Below are positions 37,151-49,957 of a stretch of 64,000 bases of DNA, piece after piece; within the stretch, counting starts at the first letter, position 1; each line of letters begins with the position of its first letter. Source of the stretch: Ylistrum balloti (Eukaryota); NCBI RefSeq assembly GCF_031769215.1, contig NW_026781997.1:62001-126000 (forward strand), read 5' to 3'. The translations under genes were made by a program, and so were the position numbers. The notes beneath the pieces are model-generated. The model did no database searches. It was not told where the DNA came from and saw nothing but the letters and a program-made list of their open reading frames with translations.

Positions 37151-40065
37151 CAGCTGATGCAAATACATATTTATTGCTTGATGGAATCCCAGCAGCTGTC
37201 CTCACTGCATCATTTGTCAGATATTTCAATGAATCATCTACATCTGGAGGTAATATTACAGGAACCCCTTTTCCAGTCTGAAATGAGCAATATGGCAATT
37301 AGAACTTTTTTTCCAATCTCAGTTCTAACAATGCTTTTGATCAATACAAGAATAACAATATTTTACTGAGGATAAATTAGGGGGCCAACATTATTTCTAA
37401 ATGAATTTCAGTTAAACATGATACAATAAAACAAAGTTGATCAAAATTTTTTTTACTGTAAACACTATATAAAAAATGGCAAAGATTTAATTTTGGAAGG
37501 TACATTTCAAACCAAAAGGTACATTTCAAACCAACCTTTCCTCTTATTTCTACCACATCTTGGTGTTCTAGAAGATGGCGTTCGAAGCTGGTCAACTCTC
37601 CTCTAATTTCAGCACCCACTTGATCTACACCAGTTTTTCGGAGTGCATATGACATCAACCTAGAGAAGAAGTTCAATTTTCTTTATGGTTTGATAAATTG
37701 CACTGATGCATTATTGACATATGAAATGGAGTAAGGTGTGTGACAAAAGGAAAACATGTTGCTATATTATTCATCATAAAAATGTTCCTGTCAGCAGTGG
37801 TATTGTACATGGAATTTGTTTCTATTAGCCAGTTGTGTACCCAATGTTGAATTTTTCGTACAAATATCCCTCATAAATAATGAAATAAAATTACCTCATG
37901 GCTTGCACTTCATGACATCTTCTCCGATTGTAGAGTGTTATTCTGGCCAAATTGAGGCCAACAACTTTCCGGAATTGTGTGTACGATGTATCCACAAGGT
38001 CAAGATCCTTGATTTCTTTTGTCAAGTATACCGCTAACTTTCGTACGTCATCTGGCAGTGGTAGCTGTCTCTCTTGGTTGAATGTTCTGTCAGTCAATAT
38101 ACATCTTGCCAGTTTGGTAACTTTAAGTCCCCACTCAATGTCCATGAGCTTTCTAAATGATTCTGCCTCTGTTCTTTTCTGTTCATTGTCATCTTTGATT
38201 GCCTTGGCAAGTTTTGTAGAAAGCATCCTTTTAATATCGTGACCCAACTTCAAAGCATTGCTTGGTGACTTGAGATCCTCTTCATCTCTACCAATAGAAC
38301 AACACCAAAGTGAAGCTTGCACGACCTGATCAAAGTGTTTTGGTTTGAGAAATCCATCCATGTTTTCGTTAGCCAATTTTGTAAGAGTCTGGCAGTTTTT
38401 CTTTAACTTTGCTGCTAGTCGCATCACCGAACTTGTGTAATATTTGCGCATGATTGTATTGCCGCGGTGCCTCAACATCCATGGTTTCCAAGGAGGACAA
38501 TTAGATTATCACTCTTGGCAATACGTGACACGTCATCAATTTGCATAATCGGAAAGACCTCATCTAGTAGAGCATGTGATGCTTCATCTGTTACTTTTCC
38601 CACTATTATGTCCGACTGGACAATCAATGAATTCCTTGTGTATGAATTAGACAGTTCAGGATCAGTAGCACTGCAAGATTTATAATGGCGTTTCACCGAT
38701 ATCAATAATATCCATCCCAAGCAAGATGGACAAGGTCCATATCTTCTGATGTCAATGGTCTGTTTGCATACTTCTTCTAGTTCTCCCTCTTCATCATCAC
38801 TTTCAATATCTGCTTCATATTTTGATCTCCGAAGCAGAAATACCTCTCCCTTTTTGTTTTCTATAACATTCAGGTTATGGTGATGGTCAGCTTTTAGCCT
38901 AAGTCTTGCAATTAGGTTCTTTCTTTCCCTCCCAGAAGAATCCCTTATATACTTCACCTCTTCTTCATCTGCATGTTGTTTAGACAGTATATGATGGCTG
39001 AAATTACTCACAGTTTTTGAGCAAAATAAACATGGATGTTTTGAGTCATATACGCGTCTAGTTTTTGTGTGTTTTCCAGCTACGACAGCTTTAGTTACCA
39101 ATGACACATATATATCCTTATCGGAGATATCTCTCGCAATTTTCTTCTCATCCATGGTTTCATCAGCATCACTTTCTTCAGATAAAAAGACTATCTTCTT
39201 TTGAGGCTTATCCAACATGGGGAATACTTCAGAGTCTGTTGAATCTGCTGAATTCTCAACAAACCATTCATCAGATCTTGATTGAATCTTCGTTCGCTTT
39301 TCGTCTGGGCTTTTTCCTTTGCTGTTTCATTCCTTTTTTTCTTGGTTACCTCAATCCCATCTACATCATGCTGATACTCTATAGCTGTCCCATCATCTTG
39401 ATCATCTATCTCTGTTCCCTCATTCCTATCTTTGCCATGCTGATTGTGTTTATCTGTTCCTGATCGAATCTCCCTACTTAGCTTTCTTTTACGACTATTT
39501 GTCTCTCTGTACTTAACTGTATGAGCTTTCTTCTCTGTTACCTCATTCCCCTCTAGATCCACATCATGCTGATTATCTATCTCTATCAGGGTATGTTGAC
39601 CATCTGTCTCTGTCCCTTCATGCTGACCATCTGTCTCTAGCTCCTCATGCTGACCATCTGTCTCTGCCTCCTCATGTTGACCATCTGTCTCTGTCCCTTG
39701 ATGCTGACGATTTTTCTCTAGCTCCTCATGTTGACCATCTGACTTTGCCTCCTCATGTTGACTATCTGTCTCTGTCCCTTCATGCTGACCATCTGTCTCT
39801 GCCTCCTCATGTTGACTATCTGTCTCTGTCCCTTCATGCTGACCATCTGTCTCTGCCTCCTCATGTTTACCATCTGTCTCTGTCCCTTCATGCTGACCAT
39901 CTGTCTCTACCTCCTCATGTTGACCATCCATCTCTGCCTCCTCATGTTTATCTTTCTTCTGTGCATCTGTCTCTGTCCCTTCATGCTGACCATCTGTCTC
40001 TACCTCCTTATGTTGACCATCCATCTCTGCCTCCTAATGTTTATCTTTCTTCTGTGCACATAGCC
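37151..40065 (-). pseudogene. YR2: multi-exon tyrosine recombinase, disabled and 3'-truncated
   Basis: Exons 40065-37895 (TAG at 40034, frameshifts ~39250 and ~38475), 37659-37536, 37277-37151. Motifs 'RVYDSKHPCLFC', 'YGPCPSCLGW', 'SPSNALKLGHDIKRM', 'LPLPDDV', 'YNRRRCHE', 'IRGK', 'GKGVPVILP'. Exons carrying the second Arg, His and Tyr were not found. Confidence 0.85.
39595..40060 (-). repeat. Coding minisatellite, 27-bp unit (ETDGQHE[E/G][A/T/L/V])
   Basis: About 16 degenerate copies of GA(T/C)GGTCA(A/G)CATGA(A/G)G(G/A)G(A/G)CAGAGACA, open in ORF 39191..40024. Confidence 0.95.
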
Positions 40066-43015
40066 CTGTATAAAAAATCAAGAAATTACTAGATTCAAGA
40101 GCAGTAAATTTATATATCTATCAACAAAACCTTCAATAAATGACATGTTTTGACAACTGATGTTTCTTTGTTATGCTTACCTTTTAATTCCAACACAATG
40201 CTAAATATGGTAAATGTCTGAACTTTAAACATTAAAAATTTTCAGCATTTTCAATTTCCTGAGTGTATTTTTCACATTTTGTACATTATGTATCAACAGA
40301 CTGCAAAGGGTCTTTGCAGCGGATTGATTCAACAAAAGCACATTCAGTATGAAACATGTGGCATCATAATCTAAAAATGGATTTTCCATATCCAACTGCA
40401 GTGCAATGAGACACCATATAATGCAAAGACATTTTCAATCCTGTATGACTGTTACTACAGTATTATTACTAACTCATAACTAAATCAATAAATATTTGTT
40501 AATTTACAACTCTGTAATATAAGATGTTATTTTCCTAAAGCATTACCTATTACAAGATCAACATTTTTAGCAAGCAGCAAGATTTCAAAATACCTTCTCT
40601 GTTGCTATTGTCAATGGCCCAATCTAAGTCTGACAGAAATGCTTTCAGTGTGGCAGGCTTTCTCTTCAAGGCTTCTATGAAAACAAAACTTTTGTTACTA
40701 CCAAATGTCACTGGTATTACATTATAAAGTAATTATCCCTACATTCTGGCAATAGTGGTTGAGACAAAACTCTACAGTAATTAGCCATTTATATAATGAA
40801 AATATGTAATGTTCTCCAGGGAAAATAACTGAAATGATGTTTCAAATGGAGTACGACAGAGTTCCAAGTTGTGCCATCTCTTATAATTATTTTTGTTCAC
40901 ATTTGACCTTAACGAAGAGGTCATATTGACAGAATGATACACTCTACACATCTGCTTTATAAAGAAAAAGATATATACTAACTTATATTCAGATGTCCCT
41001 AAAGGTTTAAAAAAAAAAAAAGTTACAGCCCGGACAAGAAAATATTGAAAAATTTACTTTTGTTTCACCTCCAACATCAAAGTCAAGGTCATAGTGACCT
41101 TAGAAGATAGTGCACTGCACAATGGCTTTAGGTGATGCACCTGTATTTGTCAAGATATCTTTACACGTTTAGCAGCTATGCCTGGGCAATGTCTGATTAA
41201 AACTATCAGAACCAATACTAAAACAATGTCTCCCTTCATTAGAATGAGGCATAACTAAATTCCAATCAGCATTTGATAAAATTTTCATCAAATTTAATTT
41301 TGTATATTTCTACTTCATGCAATAGTCTGTCAACTGAAAACTGAGTTGTCCTTGCCCTGTAATATAATGAAATAAGAGAATATGCCAGAAATAACTTTCC
41401 TGGGTGTCCAAAAGACATATGCACCTTGAAATTGTACTTAAATGTTCTTTGTAATTTAATAATGGTATTTTCCCCCCACCAACTTTCCTGAAGCCTTGCA
41501 CTGTCAGTGATTCATCTGCAATATCTCTGATATATATTCTACATAGATTTTTGTGCATGTAAAATAACTGAGAAAAGTTCAAATTACTAAGAATTTACAA
41601 GTATAGTGAAAATTAAAGGTGCATACCAGTATTGTCTTTTGTATCTCCAGGGGTCGATATTAACTTTTTAGTCACTAGCAAACCAGTGCTAGTGCCTAAA
41701 ATTTCCACAAGCAAAAATTATGAACATTTTTTTTTATTTGGTGAAGTTTGACTTCATTACTGTTATATTGACAACTTTTTATTCTATTTACACAAAATTA
41801 TCAAGGGAAAAACTGGAGAAATCCCAAATGTATTGATAATCTATGCCACTTTAGTGTTTGTAACCTATTTACTTATGTATAGGCAGACGGTGAAAGGTAT
41901 CTTGTGGAAGATTTTTCGTCAAAAATACGGATTATATATTTTGTTTCCACTGGCAAAATTTTGCTTGTTCATTTTTTTTCCAGCTAGCAATTACCAGATT
42001 TTAGCTGGCATTTGGCTAGTTGTATATACAAAGTAGTTAATTTCGAACCCTGAATCTCTATTTAACAGTTTAAAGTTAGCAATTTGTGACTGATCAGTAT
42101 TCCAACCTTTTATGACATGTTCAATTGTTCATGAATCAGTGAACTGCTCAATTTGCCAAGCTTCAGTAAAGTTGTTCTGGTTATAACACTAAAATGGTGT
42201 ATGATGGAACATTTGAAAATTGAAAAACACAAAAACTTTCAACTAAAGCAGAAACAATTAAATAAAAACAAAGTTCTTCCCAGCAATAAAGGTTATATCG
42301 ATGAATGTAAAGAAATTAAGATATGAAATTTCCTAGGAAGAACTCTTGATGAAAAAAAAAAAAAAACTACAAATAACTTGAACATTTTGCAATCATCAAC
42401 ACATCTTACTCTGTGCAAGAGATCTTCTTTCCTCAATATGATGACCATTATTTTTGAATATTTCTACATCTTTCAAAGGAAACCTGTATGAATAAATTTC
42501 AATAACAAGACTAAACTGAATATCTAAATCATTGTCAAAACGTAACAGGGCTCTACAAAACCACTCACCTGCTCATTCATCAGGAAATATATGACAATTA
42601 ACACAAAATTCTGACATCAAATTTCTATTCAGTCAAAATAAGCATTCTCTTTCTGGACGAGTTCAGTCAATTTACTTTTTGTTTAATAGAAGTTTGCCTG
42701 GTCGATGTACCAGATGCATGTGCACAGACCATATTTTAGAATAAATTTTTAGCTCTCAAGATTTGTCTTTGTGTGGTGATGGATTTCCTAAAAACTTAGT
42801 CATACTAACAAATTTCCTTGCATTAATCTCATGTATGATGGAAGGATCCGATAATTGTTGCAGGATGAATGTGAGGTGTAACTCAGACTAATGCATGCAA
42901 ATTGTTGAATATACATGATCTTTGAAGTAGTTAACTGGCTTATCTTATTACAATGCATATTTGTGTACATACCAGGCATTGTCACTTAAACAATATCCCA
43001 ACTGCATGGGAGTGA

Positions 43016-43932
43016 CTACCAATGGCCAACGTACAGCACATTGAGGGACTCTGGACCACACAATCTGCCCAACTGGTAATTTGTGGCACCCATCTTTTGA
43101 TTTGTACTGAATTTAAAAAAAAGATTATGACATTCTCTCTGCATCCATGTACTAGTGGGTTTTTGTTTTGTCAAAGATGCTATGGGGTTTATACATCTTC
43201 CAAACTTCCTGTCCATGCGATAATGTATTTTCAGTCCATGACAGTTGCAATATTCCAGTAAAAAACAATAATCATCAAAAATATGACATCTCAAGCCATA
43301 ACACTGTCTGTAATCTACAATGTATAGCCGTATTTCACAACGAATCCCCAAGTATAAAACGTAGGCCAACGCTAACCTAAAATCCTTCGCTTCCCTGTGG
43401 AACATTATGTTCCACGCAACATTGTCATTGTTACTCATTACTTCCATTCAAATTGAAAGTCCAAACATTGAAAAAATATGTCCACTTTCGATATATCACA
43501 AACAGGAGAATGAGTATCAAAAGAAGAATCGTAAATATTGAACATAGTAAGCACGTGTGGACAACCGAGGTATCCGCCATTTTCCCGATAACCGGAAGTA
43601 AGAATGATTGAGCATTCAATGACCAAAATATGTCTAATTACGACTGAAAAATAAATCTTGATGGTTACATGGAGTCTAGTAACCTTTTAACTTTGAAATT
43701 TCATAGATTTTGTGAAATAAGCTAATCTGTTGTAAATCTCACTGACTACTTTCGGTTTCCAATATACCAAGTACTGAAAATGAAACCTCACAAAGCCGAG
43801 CCAAAAATGATCAATCGTAAGTCGTTTTCCGTTAGATAATCATTCTTTTTAATACACAAACTCCTGTTTATCGATTTTCGCAACATTCAATTATGAAATC
43901 ACTTACCTTGCAAGCCCCACATGCTGCGCCAT
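43016..43932 (-). pseudogene. Unknown gene upstream of YR2: 26-nt first exon plus a long intronless frameshifted exon
   Basis: Exon 43932-43907 (MAQHVGLAR, GTAAGT donor) is in frame with an AG acceptor at 43634, then ORF 43438..43626; ORF 43016..43447 continues after a frameshift. No recognisable domain. Confidence 0.45.
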
Positions 43933-44049
43933 TAACCGGAAATGACGACACTGCAATTTGGAACACCTCTCGTTTTTTTCAATTTAATAAGTGATCTCAG
44001 AGTTTTTAATTCGGAATAGCATTTTTTCGGACTTTAGTGGCATGTGTCC

Positions 44050-44400
44050 ATCAAGCTATTAACTGCGTGTCCAACAATTTGGACAAAAACGTTGTGGGGT
44101 AGACATTTATTATAACCAGCAACCCCAGAAACACCATTTTGACGGGAATCCTTGAAACGCATGTGGGGTTAACCCCACATGCAAAAATAACCCCACAAGG
44201 TTCAATTGGACAGGGAAAACACCCCACATGTATCACTCCTAAGAGCGGACGGACAGAAAGGCACGCACGCAGACAGACCCACATGGGACAAAAACAATAT
44301 GCCCCAATCTTTGATCCGGGGCATAAAAATTTTATCATCCCTAATAGAGAAATGGCTGATGTTTCAGTCAAATCGACAGCGTCATACAATCTTTTTTAAT
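44050..44400 (+). repeat. Helentron/HINE-type repeat
   Basis: ACCCCACA subrepeats, GGAC/GCAC microsatellite, terminal hairpin ATGCCCC-N12-GGGGCAT followed by AAAAA. Confidence 0.65.
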
Positions 44401-45593
44401 GAAAAACAATCCCAAAGTCCAAGATTAATATTAATATTGAAACAAGCAAATTCGTGGAATTTATATCCCCCGCTTCTAATTATTGACCTTGACCTTTGAC
44501 CTCCACAGATGAAAAGCAATCCAACACAAATACTTTTTGTCATTACCTTCTAAAGTTATTTCATCCAATGTCTTCCCAGCATACTTGTGACAATTGCCAT
44601 TGTCAACAGCTACAAGTAATTTACTAACTTTCGCCAGCTCAAGAGTTTGTTCCTGTAGGCGATAGAACCGTCTGTGAACAGTTATTAAGTGCCCCATATG
44701 ATTTGCTAACCACTCAAGCTCATTTTGAGAACCAAGGTCAACAACCTATATCAAATAAGAATCAGAAATAATTTAAATGGTTTAAATTGATTTAAATTGT
44801 GATTAAGAACAAGAAGCAGTCTTTGAAACCTGAAAGGTCAAAAGGTCATTGAAGTCATACAGAATTACTAATGCTGAATATTGACAACTGTACAAATATG
44901 ACATGGAGAACGTTTACTTGTACATGACACATATTGCATTTAGAATAAAATTGTTTCAAATGCCTTCAATGCCAACTAGAAATGGGCAGATTAAGTTTTA
45001 CTTTTCTTAAAAAGAGCTGATCTGATATAGGTGATAGTGTATATATCATACTTAATCATCAAAACTCCACATAAAAATATCCACTAGTTGTGCCACATAA
45101 TCCTTACATATACCATACTTTCCAACCCAATGAAAATGTTCAGAAAGGTATTTGTTATTAAATAATAAAGTCATGAAGATATACCTGTGAAACAGTAGCG
45201 ACGTATTTACGCATGTTTGTTGATGTCAAAAGTTCTGCCTTCTGAAGCCCTGCTTTTCGTGTCACAACATTCAGAGCTTCCCATCCCCTTAGATAGCCAT
45301 TTTCTGTTGAAGGGGCAGCAAAAAGATACTTGTTATTCATGGGTACCCCTACATCAGACCGTTTAGCCACTAATAAATCAATTGCCTTTCTCATGTCTTC
45401 GGTAAGTAACACAGGTACTTTCCTATTCTTTTTCCCAACAGCCTGAAACAAAGTAGATACTGACGTTAATAATATTGCGGAGTACAATCATAACATACCA
45501 CATAGAATGTATTATATTCTGAATCATCTGTTAAACAATTCCATCATAAATTTAGTATTAACGACTTATAAATGACCATAAAAAGACTGTGTA

Positions 45594-46650
45594 CGAGGGC
45601 GAATCAATAGTATCCAGCCTATCCCATTTCCGATTTAGTCACTGAAAAGCTTTAATTTACACTGCCGCCTTTGTAGCTAGTCAACATTGATAAATATGCA
45701 GTATAGTTCCAATTTGACTTTGTGCAACGAACTACAAAAGCATTTAAGCGCTAAAATTAAACACTGAGGATTGTAAAACACCAACGTTTGACACACCAAA
45801 ATTAAACCACCATATTTTGAGCAAAAAAAGCCAAATTTTAGCAACGCCGAAATATCCCAAAGTACAGTAATTCGGTACTTGTATTTAAAAGGTAAAACAG
45901 GCAAGGAAATACAAAGTGATTTAGCTGATATTTATGGGTCTTCTGCACCATCTTATGCTCTGGTTAAATTCTGGATATAGGAATTCAAACGGGGTAGAAC
46001 ACCTTTAGAAGATGACGCCCACTGGATGCCACCAACAAAGAAATGTGTAACAAAGATCAGGATCTGGTATATTCTGATAGGTGATTGTTTAGGTATAATA
46101 AAGCTCAGTCGTCAGTGGATAGGGCCAGGGTCTCCGAGGCCAAAGAAGTTAACGATGTAACTATCTGCTGGCAAGGTGATGGTCAGTATTTTGGGATGCA
46201 AAAGGCGTTATTATGTTAGACTTTTTACCCAAGAGAAGCAAAATAACTGGGGTGTCCTAGAAAAACTTGCTAGACCAGCTGAGAATCACCATCCTTGAAA
46301 AAAGCCCAAGTAAACTCTCTAAAGGTGTTTTGCTACAACAGGACAACATGAGAGTCCACACTTGCAAAGTTGCAAAGGATGCCGTAGAGCAAAACATGAA
46401 AAATTAATACCACATCCTGCCTATTTGCCTGATCTAGCACCTAGTGACTTCTTCCTATTCCCAAACTTGAAAAAGGCTATCCGTAGGAATCCAGTCTGAT
46501 GAAGAAGTGGCGACAGCAGTTGAGGAATGGGTCAATTGAAAGGACCCTGACTTTTTTAGTTCTGGGCTGATGACACTTGAACACCGTTCGTCTAAGTGCT
46601 TCACACTAAAGGGCAATTACATCGAAAAAGAAGAGGTTATCTCAACCAGA
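45594..46650 (+). mobile_element. Degenerate mariner element in a YR3 intron
   Basis: Starts TA|CGAGGGCGAATCAATA. Decayed 'VIRYLYLKGKTGKEI...FKRGRTPLEDD', 'SAGKVMVSI-WDAKG', 'QQDNMRVH', 'HPAYLPDLAPSDFFLFPNLK'. Right TIR not seen. Confidence 0.9.
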
Positions 46651-46830
46651 AACTAGAAATTTGTTTTTGTGACCAAAAACATGTCTACCCTTCCTAGCAC
46701 AAAATTGTGATATTTTGACCTTTGACCTCAAGGTCAAGGTCACAAGTCTCCCTTCATTCGAAGGAGAGACAAAATAAGGCTGGTTACTTATTGACTCTCG
46801 TATATATGGATCTTAGGTGTCATTAGCATT

Positions 46831-47788
46831 ACAAGAGATCCCAGAGGGAGTTTGACAACCACCAATGAATGATATCGTTTCTCCCTCTTATTCATTTAAT
46901 AACAAGGGGCATCAAAAAAAGATCTAAAAAGACCTTTTTTCTGAGATATACATGTACGTTGATAACAAATTTCCACTTTCAAAGTCAAAGTTGTGAAGGT
47001 TGCCAGCTGTCAGCCATTTTGTTTTCTTGATCTAATTCAAAACTAGCATAACTAGGGACCAAGGAGAACCTAACTATGAAGTTTGAGAAATATCTGTAAA
47101 GCGCTTCTCTATGAAACAGTGATTATATAACTACAAGTCATTAGCTCTCAAAATTGAAATAACTAGGGGTCAAATGGCACCTAAAAATGAAATTTGAGAA
47201 AGATCCATCCATAACTTCTCATAATTAACAATAACAAATTTTCAGCATCAAAATTCAACACGGTCAATTGTCAGACATTTTGGGGTCTTTCTTTCTGATG
47301 TGTCCCACTGTCCCAAAGTCAAAAGTGCAAAGCTTAAACCACGGAAGCGTATATATGTATAAAATTTGAGAAATTAAAATCCATTCAGTAATTCTAAAGA
47401 AATAGCAATCACAAATTTCCATTGTCAATATCCAAGATGGCTGACTGTCAGCCTTTTGTGTTATTGTTAAGAAATATCCATCCAGTATTTCTCAAGAAAT
47501 AGCCATATCAAACTTCAATTGTAAAAATCCAAGATGGCTACTTGTCATCCATCTTGTTTTGCTGATCAGATCCAAAATCAATGGATACAACTAGGGACCA
47601 AGGGAAACCCACATTGAGAAGTTTGAGAAAGATCCTTCCACTACACCTAAATAAATAGTGATAACAAGACTTATTTGCAGATAGATGACGGAAGGATGGA
47701 TGAAAGATCACGGATGCAAGGTGATGAAGTGCAAACACTTTGTGTCTTTTGTTCAAATAGAACATCATCAGATGGTGGGCTAAAATAT
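46831..47788 (+). repeat. Family A Helentron/HINE-like repeat
   Basis: Head ACAAGAGATCCCAGAGGG; several AACTAGGGACCAAGG/AAATCCAAGATGGC units; tail GATGGTGGGCTAAAA. Confidence 0.75.
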
Positions 47789-48980
47789 GCAATACATGCA
47801 AGTACTTTATAGAAATCAATGTTAATAGATTGGTATAATAAAACCCGTCTATAACTAGCTGTAGCTGGCTTGGTTGGAATACAGGAGGTAAACGACTGAT
47901 ATAAAGGATGATTTATTTTATTTCGTTCCATGTATCACCTTTACACCTTAGAAAACTGCGACGATTAAACAAACAAACCTTTACCATCATTGAAGTTATT
48001 ATTCAAGGACATATTAATTAATTGCACATGATGAAATTAAGCAGGTATATTATGTGCTATGTATTAAGATATCATAGTATTCTCGTACAGTTTACCGTCT
48101 CCATGACAGCTATATTTCAAGAAATGATCGTTTACAAATTAATTACGTTAAACAAAAAAAATGTGTAACAATTAAAATACGTTAAATTTGCCACAAAGAA
48201 ATTAATCAATCTGCAAACGTTTCTATGCCAACAACCGTCATAAAGACCGCCAACCATACCCTTAATATGTAAGCACAACAAACTGGTAATCTAATAAATG
48301 TGTAGCACAACAATACTACCTGATGAAATCGAAACCGAAAGTAGCATGCTCTATGAAAATCGCTTGAGCATGCAAACCCTACAATGACCAACTATGCACT
48401 GTTTCAATAATTATGTTTGCAGTGAGCATTTACAGATTGTAAATCATGGATATAGAACCATTAATTATGAAATCAGAACAATAAATGATCAAACATACTT
48501 CACGGGGAAGGGGAGGTAACTCTACTATACAAAACTACATGTTCTCATATAGATTTCAATGATCGTGATTATAAACTGAACTTAGGATTATACAGAACTA
48601 ACATGCAGTCCTTGCGATGCATAAACATTAAACGACATTACAGAAAAACATTTTTGCCTTGTTCCCTGACAACCAAGTGCTAATTTTATCAATTTTCTTT
48701 CGTTTAGCCACTTGGCTCCTTCGTTTCTTCAACGTTCGTTACCGGAAGTACTATACTAATAATGGAAACCTTTATCCGGATTTACAAAAAAATCGGATTT
48801 ATCATATACATATTTTACACACATACGAGGTTATGAGCAACGTCAAATTTAACTTTAAGAAATTTAAAACATGGACATTTACACTAGCCTGTTTGATACA
48901 AATCTTTACATGTTACGAACAAAATACTTATTTCCGGCAATTTTCTTCTTTGTTCTTACCAAAAAAATATGCTTAATATG

Positions 48981-49957
48981 AACAAGAGATCCCAGAGGGA
49001 TCTTGGCACCCACCATTGAACTATCTGTCAGTCCTATGAAAGACCAATCTTTCCCCTGCTTTTCTCTTCCTCTTCATCATTTGATAGCATCAAAATCCTG
49101 TCTATTGTCTATGAAAGATCTAAGAACTTTCTTATACAGATGTATATCAATAAAACTCTTCTGATATCAGAATCTAGTAAGTTCATTAAACACAACTAAC
49201 GACCGAGGAAACATTTTGATAAAATCTGAGATATCTATATCTTGTCAAAATTCCAATTGGTCACATGTAAAAGCATTTTAATTCTGACTTGTTCAAAAAT
49301 GGCACTTTCACAACTTATGACCAAGGGGAACCTTTACATGACCTTTGAGGAAGATCCCTCGAGTACTTTCAAACAAAGTGGAACAAATCTCAACTGTCAA
49401 AATAAAAGATAACCAGATGTCAGCTGTTTTGTTCATCTGATCAGTTTCAAAGATAAACGTTATGATTGTTACCATGTTCTTTGTGGAATCAACCCAAAAA
49501 GGTACAATCCAAACTTAGGGACCAAGGGTAACCTACATAAGAAATCTGAAAAAGATCCATTCTGTACTCCTTGAGAAATAGTTGTAACAAACTATTAATG
49601 TCAAAATCCAAGACGGCTGCTTGGCGACCATATTGTTTATGAGATCCGCCTAAAAATGGTTAAATGCACAACTAAGGAGGAAGGGTTACCTACACATGAA
49701 ATTTGAAAAGCATCCAACAAGTACCTCCAGAGAAATAGCAATAACAAACTTTCCCACTAAGATCCAAGATGGTGGCCTGGTGGCCATGTCGTTTATGGAA
49801 TCTACCCAAAAAAAGATACAATGCACAACTAGGGACCAAAGGGAACCTACATACTTGTTGAAAAATAGCGATGACAAGAATAATTTACGGACGAACGGCG
49901 GACGATGGACGAAAGGCAATTTAAACAGCCCACCATTTAATGATGGTGGGCTAAAAA
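48981..49957 (+). repeat. Family A Helentron/HINE-like repeat, full-length
   Basis: Same head and internal units; GACGAACGGCGGACG microsatellite; 10-bp hairpin AGCCCACCAT-TTAATG-ATGGTGGGCT (49927-49952) then AAAAA. Confidence 0.8.

Noticed and set aside
45594-46650. SETMAR-like or SET-domain fusion
   Set aside because: Only a decayed mariner is present. I found no SET motif here or in the N-terminal exons of the YR genes.
48206-48976. Hydrophobic ORFs in the YR3 intron (48206..48391, 48659..48976)
   Set aside because: Short, no motifs or splice support; consistent with chance ORFs in AT-rich DNA.
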